Source: Azolla caroliniana
Taxonomy: Eukaryota > Plantae > Polypodiophyta
Length of the DNA stretch: 64,000 nt
Assembly (NCBI GenBank): GCA_043228905.1
Contig: JBHGNT010000008.1
Coordinates: forward strand, 6,448,001-6,512,000
Direction: 5' to 3'
Part shown: positions 39,901-51,334 of the stretch, piece after piece
Numbering within the stretch: the stretch's first letter is position 1
Layout: every line of letters begins with the position of its first letter
The notes under the pieces: generated by a model
Told to the model about the DNA's origin: nothing
The model's input: the letters and a program-made list of their open reading frames with translations, nothing else
The model's database searches: none
Translations under genes and position numbers: made by a program

Positions 39901-40521
39901 GTGTCCACAAATCCTTGCGCGGAGGATCGTTTGGAGCGGTTACGCAAGATACAAGCGGATTTATCTACTCAACTCCAGCAAGCTCAACAATCACACAAGG
40001 ACTACGCAGATCGTCATCGACTTCCATCCAGTTTTAACATTGGAGATCGGGTGTGGCTGCTACGACGACACATCAAGACTACTCGTCCATGTGAGAAGTT
40101 GGATTATCGGCGATTAGGTCCTTTCCGTATTATCGGGAAGATTAATGATGTCGCTTTTCGTCTCGAGCTACCTCCGCAACTTCGGATACATCCGGTGTTT
40201 CATAGTTCTCTCCTCGAACCCTATCACGAGAGCACTATCCCAGGACGTACTATACAACCACCACCTCCTATCGAGCTCGAAGATGGACCTGAGTATGAGG
40301 TCGCTGCCATCCTCGATTCCAAGATTGTTCGCAACAAGCTCTACTATCTAGTCGATTGGCTAGGATATAGTCCCAGCGAGCGTACTTGGGAACCGATCGA
40401 GAATGTGACCAATGCTCGTGCTCTTCTAGAAGACTTCCATCGACGATATCCCGAGAAACCGGGTCCTCAATCCAAAACGACTCGTGGAACTCGTCGTTTT
40501 AAAGGGGGGATAGTGTCATAA
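36910..40521 (+). CDS. pol: Pol polyprotein PR-RT-RNase H-integrase-chromodomain, uninterrupted; probably reached by -1 frameshift
   Basis: 1185-aa ORF (frame open from 36910): LLDSGA, YLDD, ADASD, HHCC, SDRGPQF, GPF, YEVAAILDS...YLVDWLGY...TWEP. Confidence 0.96.
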   Translation, partial: PIRRRVKRLSPAKIGAVWLDSPRSVQPISGSIPSKQVSDVFVAQVAVSTKSTPPVHTLALLDSGANSCFMDRNFARAHQISLRKLPCPASVVVIDGRPIASGNIIEESEPVNIVLDNLTCVVSFNIISIPEHPIVLGLPWFELHNPDIDWRTREIRLRQTQGSTQKVATISLRQLREEGRKEEMFLFAISVQPSSTTKEESTVQLPEKYRQYADVFDKVQANTLPHHRPYDCAIDLQPGKEPPWGPIYNLSPTELEVLRAYIEENLENGFIRHSKSPAGAPIFFVKKKDGSLRLVVDYRGLNKVTVRNRYALPLISSLLERINGARFFTKIDLRGAYNLVRIRPGDEWKTAFRTRYGHFEYTVMPFGLTNAPAVFQHMANDIFRDLLDDFLIIYLDDLLVYSKTQEEHDSHVLLVLKRLREHGLYAKLEKCSFGCNQVEFLGYVISSEGISMDPAKVKTVIEWHTPRSVRDVQCFLGFANFYRKFIQNYSKIVLPLTQLTRKGQSFIWSKETDMAFESLKKAFTSAPILGHVDPEKPFIIEADASDFALGSILSQQGNDEKLHPVAFHSRKFDAAEINYEIHDKELLAIVDSFMQWRHFLEGSPHQVTVFSDHKNLAYFQDARVLNRRQARWAHFLTRFDFKITYRPGKHQGKADALSRRSYLTPRPGEPAFDNQKQVILGPARLQAAQVFDMPVDSDITNTIREDLKTDAFAQAILAQIDPSRASCSQSQSPGTDYRQFKYCDGLLFFKELLYVPNGSCRLRVVQNCHDTYTAGHFGSTKTLDLVQRSFWWPRMRQFVEDFVRTCDTCCRAKMPRHHPYGLLEPLPIPSKPWQSIALDFITDLPVSKGFSAILTVVDRYTKMAHFLPCTKEISSEDTAEIVMREVCRHHGLPDNIISDRGPQFVSKFWKHLFKMLKVTCHLSSGYHPQTDGQAERTNQTLEQYLRCFLNYHQNDWADILQFAEFAYNNAIHASTKVTPFYAYTGYHPRWCVLETPEVSTNPCAEDRLERLRKIQADLSTQLQQAQQSHKDYADRHRLPSSFNIGDRVWLLRRHIKTTRPCEKLDYRRLGPFRIIGKINDVAFRLELPPQLRIHPVFHSSLLEPYHESTIPGRTIQPPPPIELEDGPEYEVAAILDSKIVRNKLYYLVDWLGYSPSERTWEPIENVTNARALLEDFHRRYPEKPGPQSKTTRGTRRFKGGIVS
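36925..36977 (+). promoter_or_regulatory. Putative -1 ribosomal frameshift signal (G TTA AAC + 11-bp hairpin)
   Basis: Heptamer 36925-36931 just before the gag stop; stem 36938-36948 / 36959-36969; pol is in the -1 frame. Confidence 0.75.
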
Positions 40522-40803
40522 CTAGACTCGAACCCATAACCTTTTGTTACACGGGTCGAGACTTTACCATTAGGTTATGAATTGTAATTTGAAGGATATT
40601 ATTTTCATTTAGGTTTTATTGGGAAATTGATGTATATTCCAGATTTCTCTGGAACATTCTAGAAACTTCAGGAGTATTCCTGAAGACACTATAAAAGGAG
40701 GCGCAAGGCATTAGTTCGAACCAAATCGGTTCAACGCCAGTCTTAAGCCTTCTAACTACTGTTGTATATCTTCCTTCATATAATACATATACCTTTCGCA
40801 TCA

Positions 40804-40865
<62 letters not shown>

Positions 40866-40998
40866 ACCCATTCCTTCTCTCAAAGTTTGACACCTCTCAT
40901 AGTACTAATCCTTCTCTGTCTTAGTACTATTCCCCGACAATAGTACTAATCCTTCTTTTAGTACTAATTCCTTCTCTGCCTTAATAGAGTTCCTGACA
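40514..40998 (+). repeat. Tcn1-like 3' LTR containing a (TC)n tract
   Basis: tgtcataac...cctgaca; the first ~220 bp look identical to 35902-36122. Confidence 0.95.
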
Positions 40999-41932
40999 AC
41001 TGTAGATACGAGCCCAACCGGAATCGGGTGGGTCATCAACCAAGAAGGAGAAGATAATGCGCGGTATGCCATCCAGTTCGGAGCAAAGGTTCTTAGCAAA
41101 CGACAACAAAGATACGCCCAAGTCAACCGAGAACTTTAGGGTATTGTGTCTGTAGTGAAGATGGATAAAGACTACTTGATCAGGTCGGAAGTGATAATTG
41201 AGATAGATTGTCTCCTAATCCTCGGGATGATCTCAGGATGTGCGACACCAGATCTAGCTATGCTAAGGTGGATCACCTATTTCAAGTCTTTATACCCAGA
41301 GATCCGCCACATTGCAGGGAAGAAGAACGCCATGGCTGACATGTTGTCGAGGGCAAGATTTGAAAATGAAAGAGACATGGTTTCGGAAGACAAGGACATG
41401 CTAACCGTCCATGCCTTCAACAAGGAAGAGTATGAAGGAGAGTGGTTACTAATCGGCAGATTCTTAAAAATGATGACGAGGGATGCTTCGTTGATGAAAG
41501 AGGAGGCACTACGAATCTGGAAGAAAGCTTACCAATACTACCTGAAGGGAGGATTCCTCTAGCAACACCCAAAAAGAAGGACAGGGATGCCACGTCGAGT
41601 GCTGGTGAAGAAAGAAGAGCACGTGACACTGATGACCGAAGTCCAAGAGAGTCCTTAGGCGGGTCATAGAGAAACCTGGGTGACGTTCGAAAAGTTGAAG
41701 GAAAAGTACTGGTGGCCAAGCATGTACAAATATGTACTCCATTTCATGTCCACATGTTAAACTTGCCAATTACATTCGAACATACGTCATCGTGATGAGT
41801 TACAGCTGACATACCCGCTCACCATACACTTCAAATGGATGGTGAATTTGGTCTCGACGCCAATGGGAGTGGGACAAATGAAGTACTTAGTACTGGAAAG
41901 AGAAGACCTGACAAATCAAGTGGAAGGACGGG

Positions 41933-42154
41933 CCTTGGCAAATAAGACAATGTCAGCTGTTTGCAAATTTCTACTCGAAGAGGTTGTCTGCCGATACAGA
42001 TGTGTGGGAAAGATAGTGGCTGATCAAGGGGAGTTCGATGCACCCTTGGCAAATAAGACAACGTCAGCTGTTTGCAAATTTCTACTCGAAGAGGTTGTCT
42101 GCCGATACAGATGTGTGGGAAAGATAGTGGCTGATCAAGGGGAGTTCGATGCAC
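41933..42154 (+). repeat. 111-bp in-frame tandem duplication in the integrase
   Basis: LANKT.SAVCKFLLEEVVCRYRCVGKIVADQGEFDA occurs twice (units start at 41933 and 42044). Confidence 0.93.
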
Positions 42155-42979
42155 ACGAAGCAACAGAGCTCTTCAATCAGCTAGGCATGAAGCTCTCCCT
42201 CATGATTACCTGCAATCTAGAAGCGAATGGGAAGATCGAGCGAGGGCATGGACCAATCGTCAAAGCCATCATATGAGCATGCAACGGTCGAGTCGGGAAC
42301 TGGCCACGACTATTGCCCTATGCCATGTGGGCCGACAGAACTACACACAGTTCAGTGACAGGGTATATGCCAATAGTGCTTATGTATGGATAGAAGCCGG
42401 TAATGCCCATTGAAAGGACGATTGCCTAATGGGTAGCAATACCATGGGAAAACGAGATGAGCTGAGAAGAATTATTGGCGGCATGGATAAGGCAGCTTGA
42501 AAGAAGGCCTCAAGATCTAGAGAAAGCGCGAAAGATGATGGAGGCAGCCTGAGTGAAGAACAAGATTCGATTCGATAAGACACATTGACTGCGTCCCAAG
42601 AAGATCAAAGAAGGAGATTGGGTATTGGTCTACGACAACAGCCTTGACAATCAACACAGGACAACAAGAAAGTTCGCAAGAAGATGGTTCGGACCATATG
42701 TGGTGACAAGTGTCAACGACAATGCCACATACCACCTTGTGGAGCTAGACGGATCAAGGTTGGCAATACCCATTGCGAGAAAAAGAGTAAAGATTTTCAA
42801 GAAAAGACAAGACGAGGATCCTGACCTCGATCACCTCGACGATGAAGATAGTAGGCCTGAACCTACAGACTTGAGTTATGTGAACGAGGACATGGAGGAA
42901 TCTGATTAATTACCATAGCTGAAATATCACACTCTCTTCTTGGCACGTACCAGAGGATGTGCGGTTTGGTGGGGGTGGA

Positions 42980-44209
42980 TGTTGTGAAGATTTTCGGCAA
43001 CAGTGTGAAAATTGCATGGAATGTACAAAATCGAGTGTGGTTCTACACACAAGACATGAAACAATAATAGTGAAGATAATATTTTATAATAACTTAATAT
43101 CATGGTACGGGAAGATGGAGGTCTTCAAGAGCTTACGAATGTACTTTATTACATTTGAAACGGACAACTAAATGTCAAGTTATGTGAAATGTGAAGTTTG
43201 AGAAGAAAAAGAGAAAAACAAAACTATGAGATATCCCACATAGATAGGACAAATCAGGATCCCATAGTATATAAGTAGAGCCAGAACTTATTACTTGTGT
43301 TTATGTGTGGAGCACAGAATGTTCTTGGGCTAAATTGTGGCTTAACTACTCGTAATGGTTTTGCAGGACCGGACCCGACGGACGACGATGGAACTAGAAC
43401 CAGAACCGGATGGACGGCGACGGCGACGGAACCAAAACCGGACTGGCGGACGGCGCCGAACCAAAACCGGACGGGGACGACGACCAATTTGGGAGCGACA
43501 CCGGCACCGGAACCAGACCGAACCGGATAGACCAGATCATCGGGTCGGATGTGGACCGGATAGGTTGATCGCGACGATTTTGGTGTGAATTGAATGAAAT
43601 CATCTAAACTAAAAGACTTAGTAAATATTTGTATACAAAGGGATGCAAGCAAGGCTTGAACCTTGCACCTCCAAGATAGGAGGCAATAAACTTACCACTA
43701 AGCCCAGTCATTTCTTCAGAATTGTTTTTTCTATCATTATACTTTCACATGTAAATTCTCATATTAGAGCTTGAATGAGTGACATAGTTATCATGCATCG
43801 CATGTAATGCATGAGCGCCAAATGGCAAACATGCATTGTATGCATGTCTTGTACCCTCACATGTATCATATGCATGGGGGCATCTATAAAAGAGTGGATG
43901 AAAAAGATCAAAGGGGAGCGATGTATTAATCAAGAATTTAATAAAAATAATGAGAAGATAATTCGTTATCCAATTGATGATATATCTTGTTCTTCAAATC
44001 TAAAATCAAGAGTTCAATCTTAAGCTCTCTCCCCATTTCAATCTCTCTCAATCTAAAGTCAAGCGTTCTATCTTACCTCAATCTCTTGCTCTTTCAATCA
44101 ATCTTAAATACTTTCTCACTAAAGCTTGTGCCAACTTCAAATCTTTCTGGTCCAAAACCCTAGCGGTTCCGCCTCATGATTCGCACGTAGTGACGGATTT
44201 TTCACGACA
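42980..44209 (+). repeat. 3' LTR of the 26857 gypsy element
   Basis: tgttgtg...cacgaca; internal GGAACC/GACG-rich array; tRNA-like cassette at ~43645-43708 on the minus strand. Confidence 0.9.
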
Positions 44210-45846
44210 ACACGCCTAACCTCTCGAACAAGAAGTCAACATTCATTCAATTGGAAATTCTTATGGTGGGTCACTTTTGCGGGTGGAAGCCATCCCTGGT
44301 ATAGGTGGATGTCATCGCAAAAGTGAAGGAAAAATGCAAATCGTAGAAGGAAGTGAGACGGTTTTTTGGTGTTTGTGCATTCTATCACATTTGGATTCCC
44401 CACCACACTCACGTAGTCGAACCATAATATGAGCTACTCATGAAAGGGAAGAAATTCAAATGGGAAGACAAGCACATAGAGGCAATGAAGAAGCTAAAGG
44501 GGATGGTCGTATTAGAACCATCTTTATGAAAAGCAGTATAGAAGGAAGGGGTGCCAATCTATGTGATTGTAGATACGAGTCCAATTAGGATTGGATGGGT
44601 AATCAACCAAGAAGGGGAGATGGTGGTCATCATGCCATTAGATTTGGAGCAAAGGTGCTCAATGAGAAACAACGAGGATATGTCCATGTTAAGAGAGAGT
44701 TTTGGGGCATAGTTTCTATTGTTAAGGTAGATAAAGACTATCTCATCGGAACAGAGGTCATGATAGAGATGGATTTTCTTCCAATCCTAGGAATGATATC
44801 AAGATGAGCGACATCGGACGTAGACATGCCAAGGTGAATTTCTTACATCAAATCGATGAACAACGCCATTGTAGATATGCTATCAAGGGCAAGGTATAGA
44901 GGTGAAAGCAACATGGTCTCAGAAGATGAAGATGTCGTTGCCAATGGGCGTGGGTCAAATGAAACACTTAGTGATGGTGAGAGAAGACCTCACAAATCGG
45001 GTAGAAGGAAGGGACCTTAGGAACAAATGATGACAATATCGTGTAAGGTCTTGCTAGAAGAGACCGACGACATGGGCAAGATAATGGTCAATATGGGGGG
45101 AGTTGAATGCTCATGAAGCAATAAAATTGTTTAAGCGCCTCAGAGTGAAGGTTTCCCTCATGACTACTTACCACCAAGGGGCCAATGGGAAGATTGAGGG
45201 TGGGCATGGGCCTGAAGTTAAGGCAGCATCAAAGCTTGTGAAGGATGAGTTAGGCTCTGGCCACAATTATGGCCTTATGCCTTGTGGGCTGACAAAACCA
45301 CCCATCGTTCAAGGACAAGGTTCATGCCAGCAGAGCGATGCCCATCAAAGAGACAATTGTGTCATTGGTAGCGATGCCATGGGAGAATGACATGATCTGG
45401 GAGGAGCATCAAGCAACAAGGATAAGATAACTCTCAGTGAATGCCATAAGACCTCCAATTGGCGCTACAGAATGTAGAAGCGGCAAGGCTAAAGAACAAG
45501 GAAAGATTCAACAAAACACATTGATTGCGCACCAAGAAGATCGAAGACGGAGACTGGATGATTGTGTATGACAAAAAATCGATAATCAATACAGGTCAAT
45601 GAGGAGGTTTGCGAGATGGTGGTTCGGCCTATATGTGGTGACAAGCGCAAATGACAACACCACCTATGGAACGAATCTATCGGTACCGATAGGGGGAAAA
45701 AGAATTAAGATCTTTAAGAAGCTACATGAAGAAAAACCGAACCTCAATGACCTCGGAGAAGAAGACCACAAAAATGAGCGATTTATGAGTCATGAGGTCA
45801 ATGAAGAGGAGGAAATGGAAGGTTGACCACCTTCGGCCCCACCATT
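44210..45846 (+). mobile_element. Old gypsy element, RT-RH-INT remainder (continuation of 25190-26856)
   Basis: AIRFGAKVLNEKQRGY, GANGKIEGGHG, RFARWWFGLY. Confidence 0.82.
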
Positions 45847-48800
45847 TGTTAGAGTGATGTTCTAATTAAAGCATATGATAAGGATATAGTATATATGAAA
45901 TAAGAAAGGACAGAGAGAAAGAAGGGTGCCGATCCACCTGACCACCCTCGAGCGAAGGGATCGAGACGGACTCGAGCCTCGATCGGTGTCCCATACCACC
46001 GGCGTGGCGTCGAGTCGTACCTGGTGTTGGCACGCTCGCTACAAAAGTTGATCAACCATAACGTCAGAGTCTCGACGTAGTCAAAAGATGATGAAATGAG
46101 GGTAGCTAGGCCTCATATTTATAGCAAGACCCAAGGCCCCCCAAGCAAGTTCACACTTGGCCTAATGGGTTGTCTCAATCTTGAGGATTAAAAGTAATCC
46201 TCCCCTCTTTACACTCTCATTTAACCCTCACACTTATCCATGTGCCTAGAATACTACGGTAAATTCTCACCACAGGATATTATATGGTCATGCCCGTAAC
46301 ATACTCCCCCTCTTTAAAACATTACACTCTTGCAATGGAAAGTTAGGGAAGTTAGTTCTAAGAGTATTTTTGCGTTCCCACGTGGCATCTTTAATAGATT
46401 TATCCATCCATTTAATTTTAAATTCTTGGATTATTTTAGTATGGAAACATTTTGTTTTAACATCGAGAATTCTTTCTAGTACATGTGGTTTAGAAGATAA
46501 TTCTTCAGAAGTAACCAAAGTTTCCGTTGTAACTATATGGTCGCAAGAACCTACAAGTTCTTTTAGATGACTTAAATGAAAAACTAGATGAATTTCAATG
46601 CCATTGGGAAGAGAGAGACGATAGGCTAATCAACAAATGCATTTGAGGATTGTAAAAGGTCCAGAAAACCGTGGGGCTAATTTAGCGCACTTAGCCGTAG
46701 ACAATTTCTTAGAATTGTGAGGTACTTGTAAAAATACCTTCTATCCAGGCTTGAATACAGGAGGTTGCTTATTATGAGCGGCGTAAAAAAGCACTCTATC
46801 TTGAGCTGTTTTTATATTATCTCATGAAATATGCAACATATCTTGCATATCCCGAAGAAATTTTTGCGTACTTCGCAACTCATCATGATGTATATTAACA
46901 TCAATCGGGGCTCGTGGCTAAAAACCATATATCAACATAAAAGGGCTATATCCCCTCGACGTATACTTGGAGTTGTTATAAGCAAACTCCAAAATTGGGA
47001 GATAACGTTCCCATTTTGTTGGTTTTGCACCAACATATGCTCAAAGCATGTCCTCAATAATTTTATTTACTTGTTCAGTCTGTCCATCGGATTGAGGATG
47101 ATCCGTGGAGCTCATGCTCAATGTATTTTCTAACTTCTTAAAGACTTGCATCCACAAGTCACTAGTAAACTTTGGATCTCAATCACTCACAATATCCATC
47201 GGTAACCCATAAAAATGAAATAACTCATCAACGAATTGGTAAGCCAATTCAATAATTGTTACTGTGGTTTTAGTAGCAATAAATCTGGCCATTTTAGTTA
47301 GTCTATCAACCACAACCCAAATGGCATCATGGAATTTTTGAGTCCGAGGAAGTCTAACAGTAAAATCTATGGATATACTTTCCCACTTATTATTGGGAAT
47401 GTTCAAGGGATTTAAAGTCTTGCTGCTTTAAGTCGTCCGACTTTGTTAACCTGACATTGGTGACATTTAGCGACATAGCTACATATGTTAGGACACATCT
47501 TAGGCCAATAGAATTGAGTGGAGATGAGAACGAGTGTACAAGATATATTCCAGTGTGCATCATGGCATTTAAAAAGCATTCTCTTTTTGACCTCAGGCAA
47601 ATCTGGAACAGAAACCTTCCCATTACGGTAGAGAAGACCGTTAGCAATGTGGAAGGATTCCTTCGCGGATGTAGTGGTGTCTGTTCCAGACTCAACTCTT
47701 GCCTGGTATTTCACAAAATAACTATCATCGGGATACTTTCCTCGAAGGTGATCATAAAGATCTGATGTTATTTCAGTGAAGCTAAGCATATTAACTTCGC
47801 GGATGCGACTTAGTGCATCAACGACAGTGTTCATGGAACCTTTACAATATTGTATGGAAAAGCCCTAGATGAGATCAGCCCATCGTGCCTTACGACCTTT
47901 CAGGTCTTGGTGGTCACAAAAATATTTCAAGGACTCGTGGTCCGTAGTTACTACAAAATGATTTTCATAAAGATAACGACATCATGTTTTGAGCGCATGT
48001 ATAAATGCCAATAATTCCTCTTCTTGAACCGTACACCGAGATTGAGCAGAATCAAGTTTGTTACTCTTGAATGCTATTGGTCTACCATCTTGATATAAGA
48101 CAACACCTATAGCATAATCTCTTGCATCAGTTTCAACTTCAAAAGCTTTTGAAGGATCGGGTAAAAGATGTGAACGAGTCATGCACACCAAGGCCTTGAG
48201 TTCCTTAAAGGCCAGGTCTAGTGTAACATTCCACACAATAGGTTTTGTAGACTTATGCATTTGACCTTTTAGAAGATCAGTAAACAGTGTCATCAATTGG
48301 GAGTAATTATGAGGGATTTTTGCAAAAACCCGACAAAACCAAGGAATGATCGAACTTCTCGAATATTCCGAAGAGTGGGCCAAAGTTTGATTTTCTCGAT
48401 GCGAGAAGGATCAATTTCAACTCCTCGTTCGGTTATGAGATGTCCAAGATAAGTAATTGATTTCTTGAAGAGCTCGCATTTTGAGATCTTCGTGTACAAT
48501 TGCTTGTAAAACAAAGCGGACAAACTAGAATATTATCCAAGAAAATAACGACAAATTTTCCAAGTTGTTCTCGGAAAATGTCATTCATTTCTTGTTGAAA
48601 TGTGGCCGGAGCATTGGGCAAACCGAAAGGCATGACCAAAACCTCGTGATGGCCATAGTGCATACGAAATGCCATTTTAGGAACATCGTCCTCACTTATA
48701 CGAATTTGATGGTGGCCCATACGTAGATCAAGTTTCATAAAATACCGAGCTTCCTGGAGACGGTGTCGTAGTGTATTTTGTACACTACGTGAAAAACTTA

Positions 48801-48858
48801 TAAAGTACCAATTTAATAAATATGAATAAATAGTAGGAAATATTAAAATTTATATAAC

Positions 48859-48930
48859 ATGCATAGGGCAAGATTCGAACCTTGCACCTCCATGTTAATA
48901 ATGTAATGTCTTACCATTACACTAGCATTT
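48859..48930 (-). ncRNA. tRNA-like A-box/B-box cassette in the LTR (copy at ~51364-51435)
   Basis: Minus strand reads TAGTGTAATGGT ...~31 nt... GCAAGGTTCGAATCTTGC, followed by T-runs. Confidence 0.55.
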
Positions 48931-49512
48931 CATTTGTGTTTAAAAATAGATGTTCCACATAGAAAGCTTAGTTCACCTAGGATAAACTTTAGTTAAAAGA
49001 AAACGCATGCTAAAAGAAAAAGCTACACATGCACATCTAGCGTGCATGAACGCTATAGTTGATAAAAAAAACGCACAAGTTAGAAAAAGCATGATCACTT
49101 TAGATAAAGCATATAGTCTATCTATAGGAAAAGCATGGAGTCTATAGTTAGAAAAAAAAAAAAAGCATGGACTCCCTCATCACTACATAAGGATGGGGAG
49201 CACAATGTAATAGGTGTGTGAAAAATATTTGGAAACTGGATATGTTTCTAAAAAACACCAATTAATAAACTATACTCGTGGGATTCACGAGAATTCTATA
49301 TCATTCTCTTTCAACCGAAGTTTATATTCTTATATTCATATTGATTAATCTAATACAATACACTCGTGGGATTCACGAGTTTGCTATAACTCTTTCTTAC
49401 AACATATTTATATTCTTATTAGCCTTAAAACTCTCCTCTTCCTAGTCCAAAACCCTAGTGGTTCCCACCCGACTCACGCAAACGATCCGGAGCCGAAAGG
49501 CACGACACAAGT

Positions 49513-49530
49513 TGGTGAACCCGACGTGAA
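49513..49530 (+). promoter_or_regulatory. Primer-binding site complementary to the plant tRNA-Trp 3' end
   Basis: TGGTGAACCCGACGTGAA; identical at 53517-53534 and degenerate at 28353-28370. Confidence 0.85.
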
Positions 49531-49711
49531 GGCGGGTGGCAAGGAGATGGAGAATCAACAAGAGGCGATGAACATGATGATGATGATGTTCGAGAGAATG
49601 CTACAAGAACAACGCGAGATGTCGGAGATCACGACAGTAGTACAACGGCTCGTGCAACAGAACGGGCAATTCGATGGAAAGGATGTGTGACGCTATCTAC
49701 GTGACTACAAA

Positions 49712-51334
49712 ATGGAGATGTTGCGATATGGTATCTCAGAAAGATTGCAAGTGTTATCTTTCAACCAGGTGGCTACGGATGAGCTTCAAGAGAGAATCCA
49801 CGAGATACGGCAACAAAGCCCGATGTGGGAGTCCTTTGAAGAAGCTATACGAGACACATATGACTATCTCAGACCGAAGCGGACGAGGACATGGTCCACG
49901 AACGGCGGTCAACAGTGGGTGAAAAGCGGCCACCGACTACCACCGAAGGAGAGCTTGATGCGGAAGGGTTCGGAGATGCATGAAAAGTCGCAAGTCGACA
50001 TTGAAGGGGAGCTTAAAACCGAACCAAAGTCGAGGCCAACAAAGGACGAGGAGGAGGAAGATCGAGGACGAAAGGGTATCCCCACACCGGTTCCAGAGAC
50101 TTCGGCGGTTGTGCCCGTGCACCAACGTGAGACCGGAGAGACGGAATGTGTCGGCGGAAAAGTGGAGGACCGGAAGGGCAACGAGGAAGACAAAGTAAAT
50201 GAGCACGAACGAAGGGATTCCTTCACCATTGTTTCGGAGACTTCGGTACTCGAGCCCGGGTGTCGACATAACACCGAAGATAAGGAAAGTGGTGGCAACG
50301 AAACGAAGGTCGAAGCCGATGCATACAAAGGAGAGATAGCCAAGGAGAACATGGCTATGGGTGAAACAACGGAAGATGATAATACCGAGGATTCCTACCC
50401 ACTAATTCTAGAGACTTCGGCGGTTGTGTCCGAGAACCAACGTGAGACCGGAGAGACGGGAGGTGGCAGCAAGGAAGGTAAAGTCGGAAGCCGGTTCGGA
50501 TGGAAGATGATCCGTCTGAAATTCCGATGTAAACAAAAGCATGACAACGCGAAGGTCGGGTCTACAATGGGAGAAGCATGTAATACGGAGCACGCACTAC
50601 GGCACCAAAAGAAGCACGTGCTACGGCGTAAAAAGAAGCACGCGCTACGGTGCAAAAAGAAGCATGCACTACGGGGTAATACGACGCATGCACTACGATG
50701 GAATACGAAGCATGCGCTACGGCCTAATACGACGCATGCGCAACATCGAGAAATAAAGCATGCATTAAAGCCGCACAAGGACCTAACAGCGAGCGCGTAT
50801 TCGGAGGTCGACATCGACGCGTGGGTAGAACCTACGGAAGACAAGCGCGGAGTGGAGAGAGACAACACACCAAGATGCTCAAGAGTACGACAAGGGACCA
50901 TGACAACCACTCATGGCAATGCAAAGAATGAACGAAGATTATGGTGGATCGGATGGCGACAATGGTTCGGGTGGAAAGATTGGATGTGCTCAAAATGGAG
51001 AGACAAAGCCGACATAGCAAGAGAAACGGAGGGTACTACAAGTAAAGATGAATTACGAGGGCCGGTAATTGGAGACTGGATAGAGCCTGCAACCGAACAA
51101 AACTGGAAACCAGGCGAAGTCGACAACCAAAAACGGGAGACCGAATGGGGCCGACAACCAAAAATGACCAGCGACGAAACCAACCATGCGGAGAATGGAC
51201 GGACGAGACTAACAATCACCGACAACTTCGGCACATACCGGAGGATGTGCGGGTTCGGAGGGGGCGAGTGTCGTAGTGTATTTTGTACACTACGTGAAAA
51301 ACTTATAAAGTACCAATTTAATAAATATGAATAA
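49712..51334 (+). CDS. 540-aa ORF: gag N-terminal remnant fused to acidic ETSAVV repeats and basic KHALR octapeptide repeats
   Basis: Same frame as an upstream ATG at 49547, separated by a single TGA at 49688 within gag-like FDGKDV*RYL; runs into the 3' LTR. Confidence 0.5.
   Translation: MEMLRYGISERLQVLSFNQVATDELQERIHEIRQQSPMWESFEEAIRDTYDYLRPKRTRTWSTNGGQQWVKSGHRLPPKESLMRKGSEMHEKSQVDIEGELKTEPKSRPTKDEEEEDRGRKGIPTPVPETSAVVPVHQRETGETECVGGKVEDRKGNEEDKVNEHERRDSFTIVSETSVLEPGCRHNTEDKESGGNETKVEADAYKGEIAKENMAMGETTEDDNTEDSYPLILETSAVVSENQRETGETGGGSKEGKVGSRFGWKMIRLKFRCKQKHDNAKVGSTMGEACNTEHALRHQKKHVLRRKKKHALRCKKKHALRGNTTHALRWNTKHALRPNTTHAQHREIKHALKPHKDLTASAYSEVDIDAWVEPTEDKRGVERDNTPRCSRVRQGTMTTTHGNAKNERRLWWIGWRQWFGWKDWMCSKWRDKADIARETEGTTSKDELRGPVIGDWIEPATEQNWKPGEVDNQKRETEWGRQPKMTSDETNHAENGRTRLTITDNFGTYRRMCGFGGGECRSVFCTLREKLIKYQFNKYE

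Larger units (their letters stand above)
35902..40998 (+). mobile_element. Young Tcn1-like chromovirus (Ty3/gypsy) with a rearranged 5' LTR
   Basis: 5-bp TSD ACTGT at 35897-35901 and 40999-41003; 3' LTR 40514-40998; PPT aaggggggatag 40502-40513; intact pol with a chromodomain. Confidence 0.96.
26857..44209 (+). mobile_element. Gypsy element (non-chromoviral, FLDD RT) hosting nested insertions
   Basis: 5' LTR 26857-~27645 (3' half and PBS deleted) matches 3' LTR 42980-44209; PPT 42964-42979; gag/PR/RT at 32400-35900 and RH/INT at 41004-42909; the host RT sequence resumes at 44210. Confidence 0.88.

Noticed and set aside
48859-48930. Functional tRNA gene
   Set aside because: A and B boxes are present, but I cannot build a convincing acceptor stem or 7-nt anticodon loop; reported only as tRNA-like.
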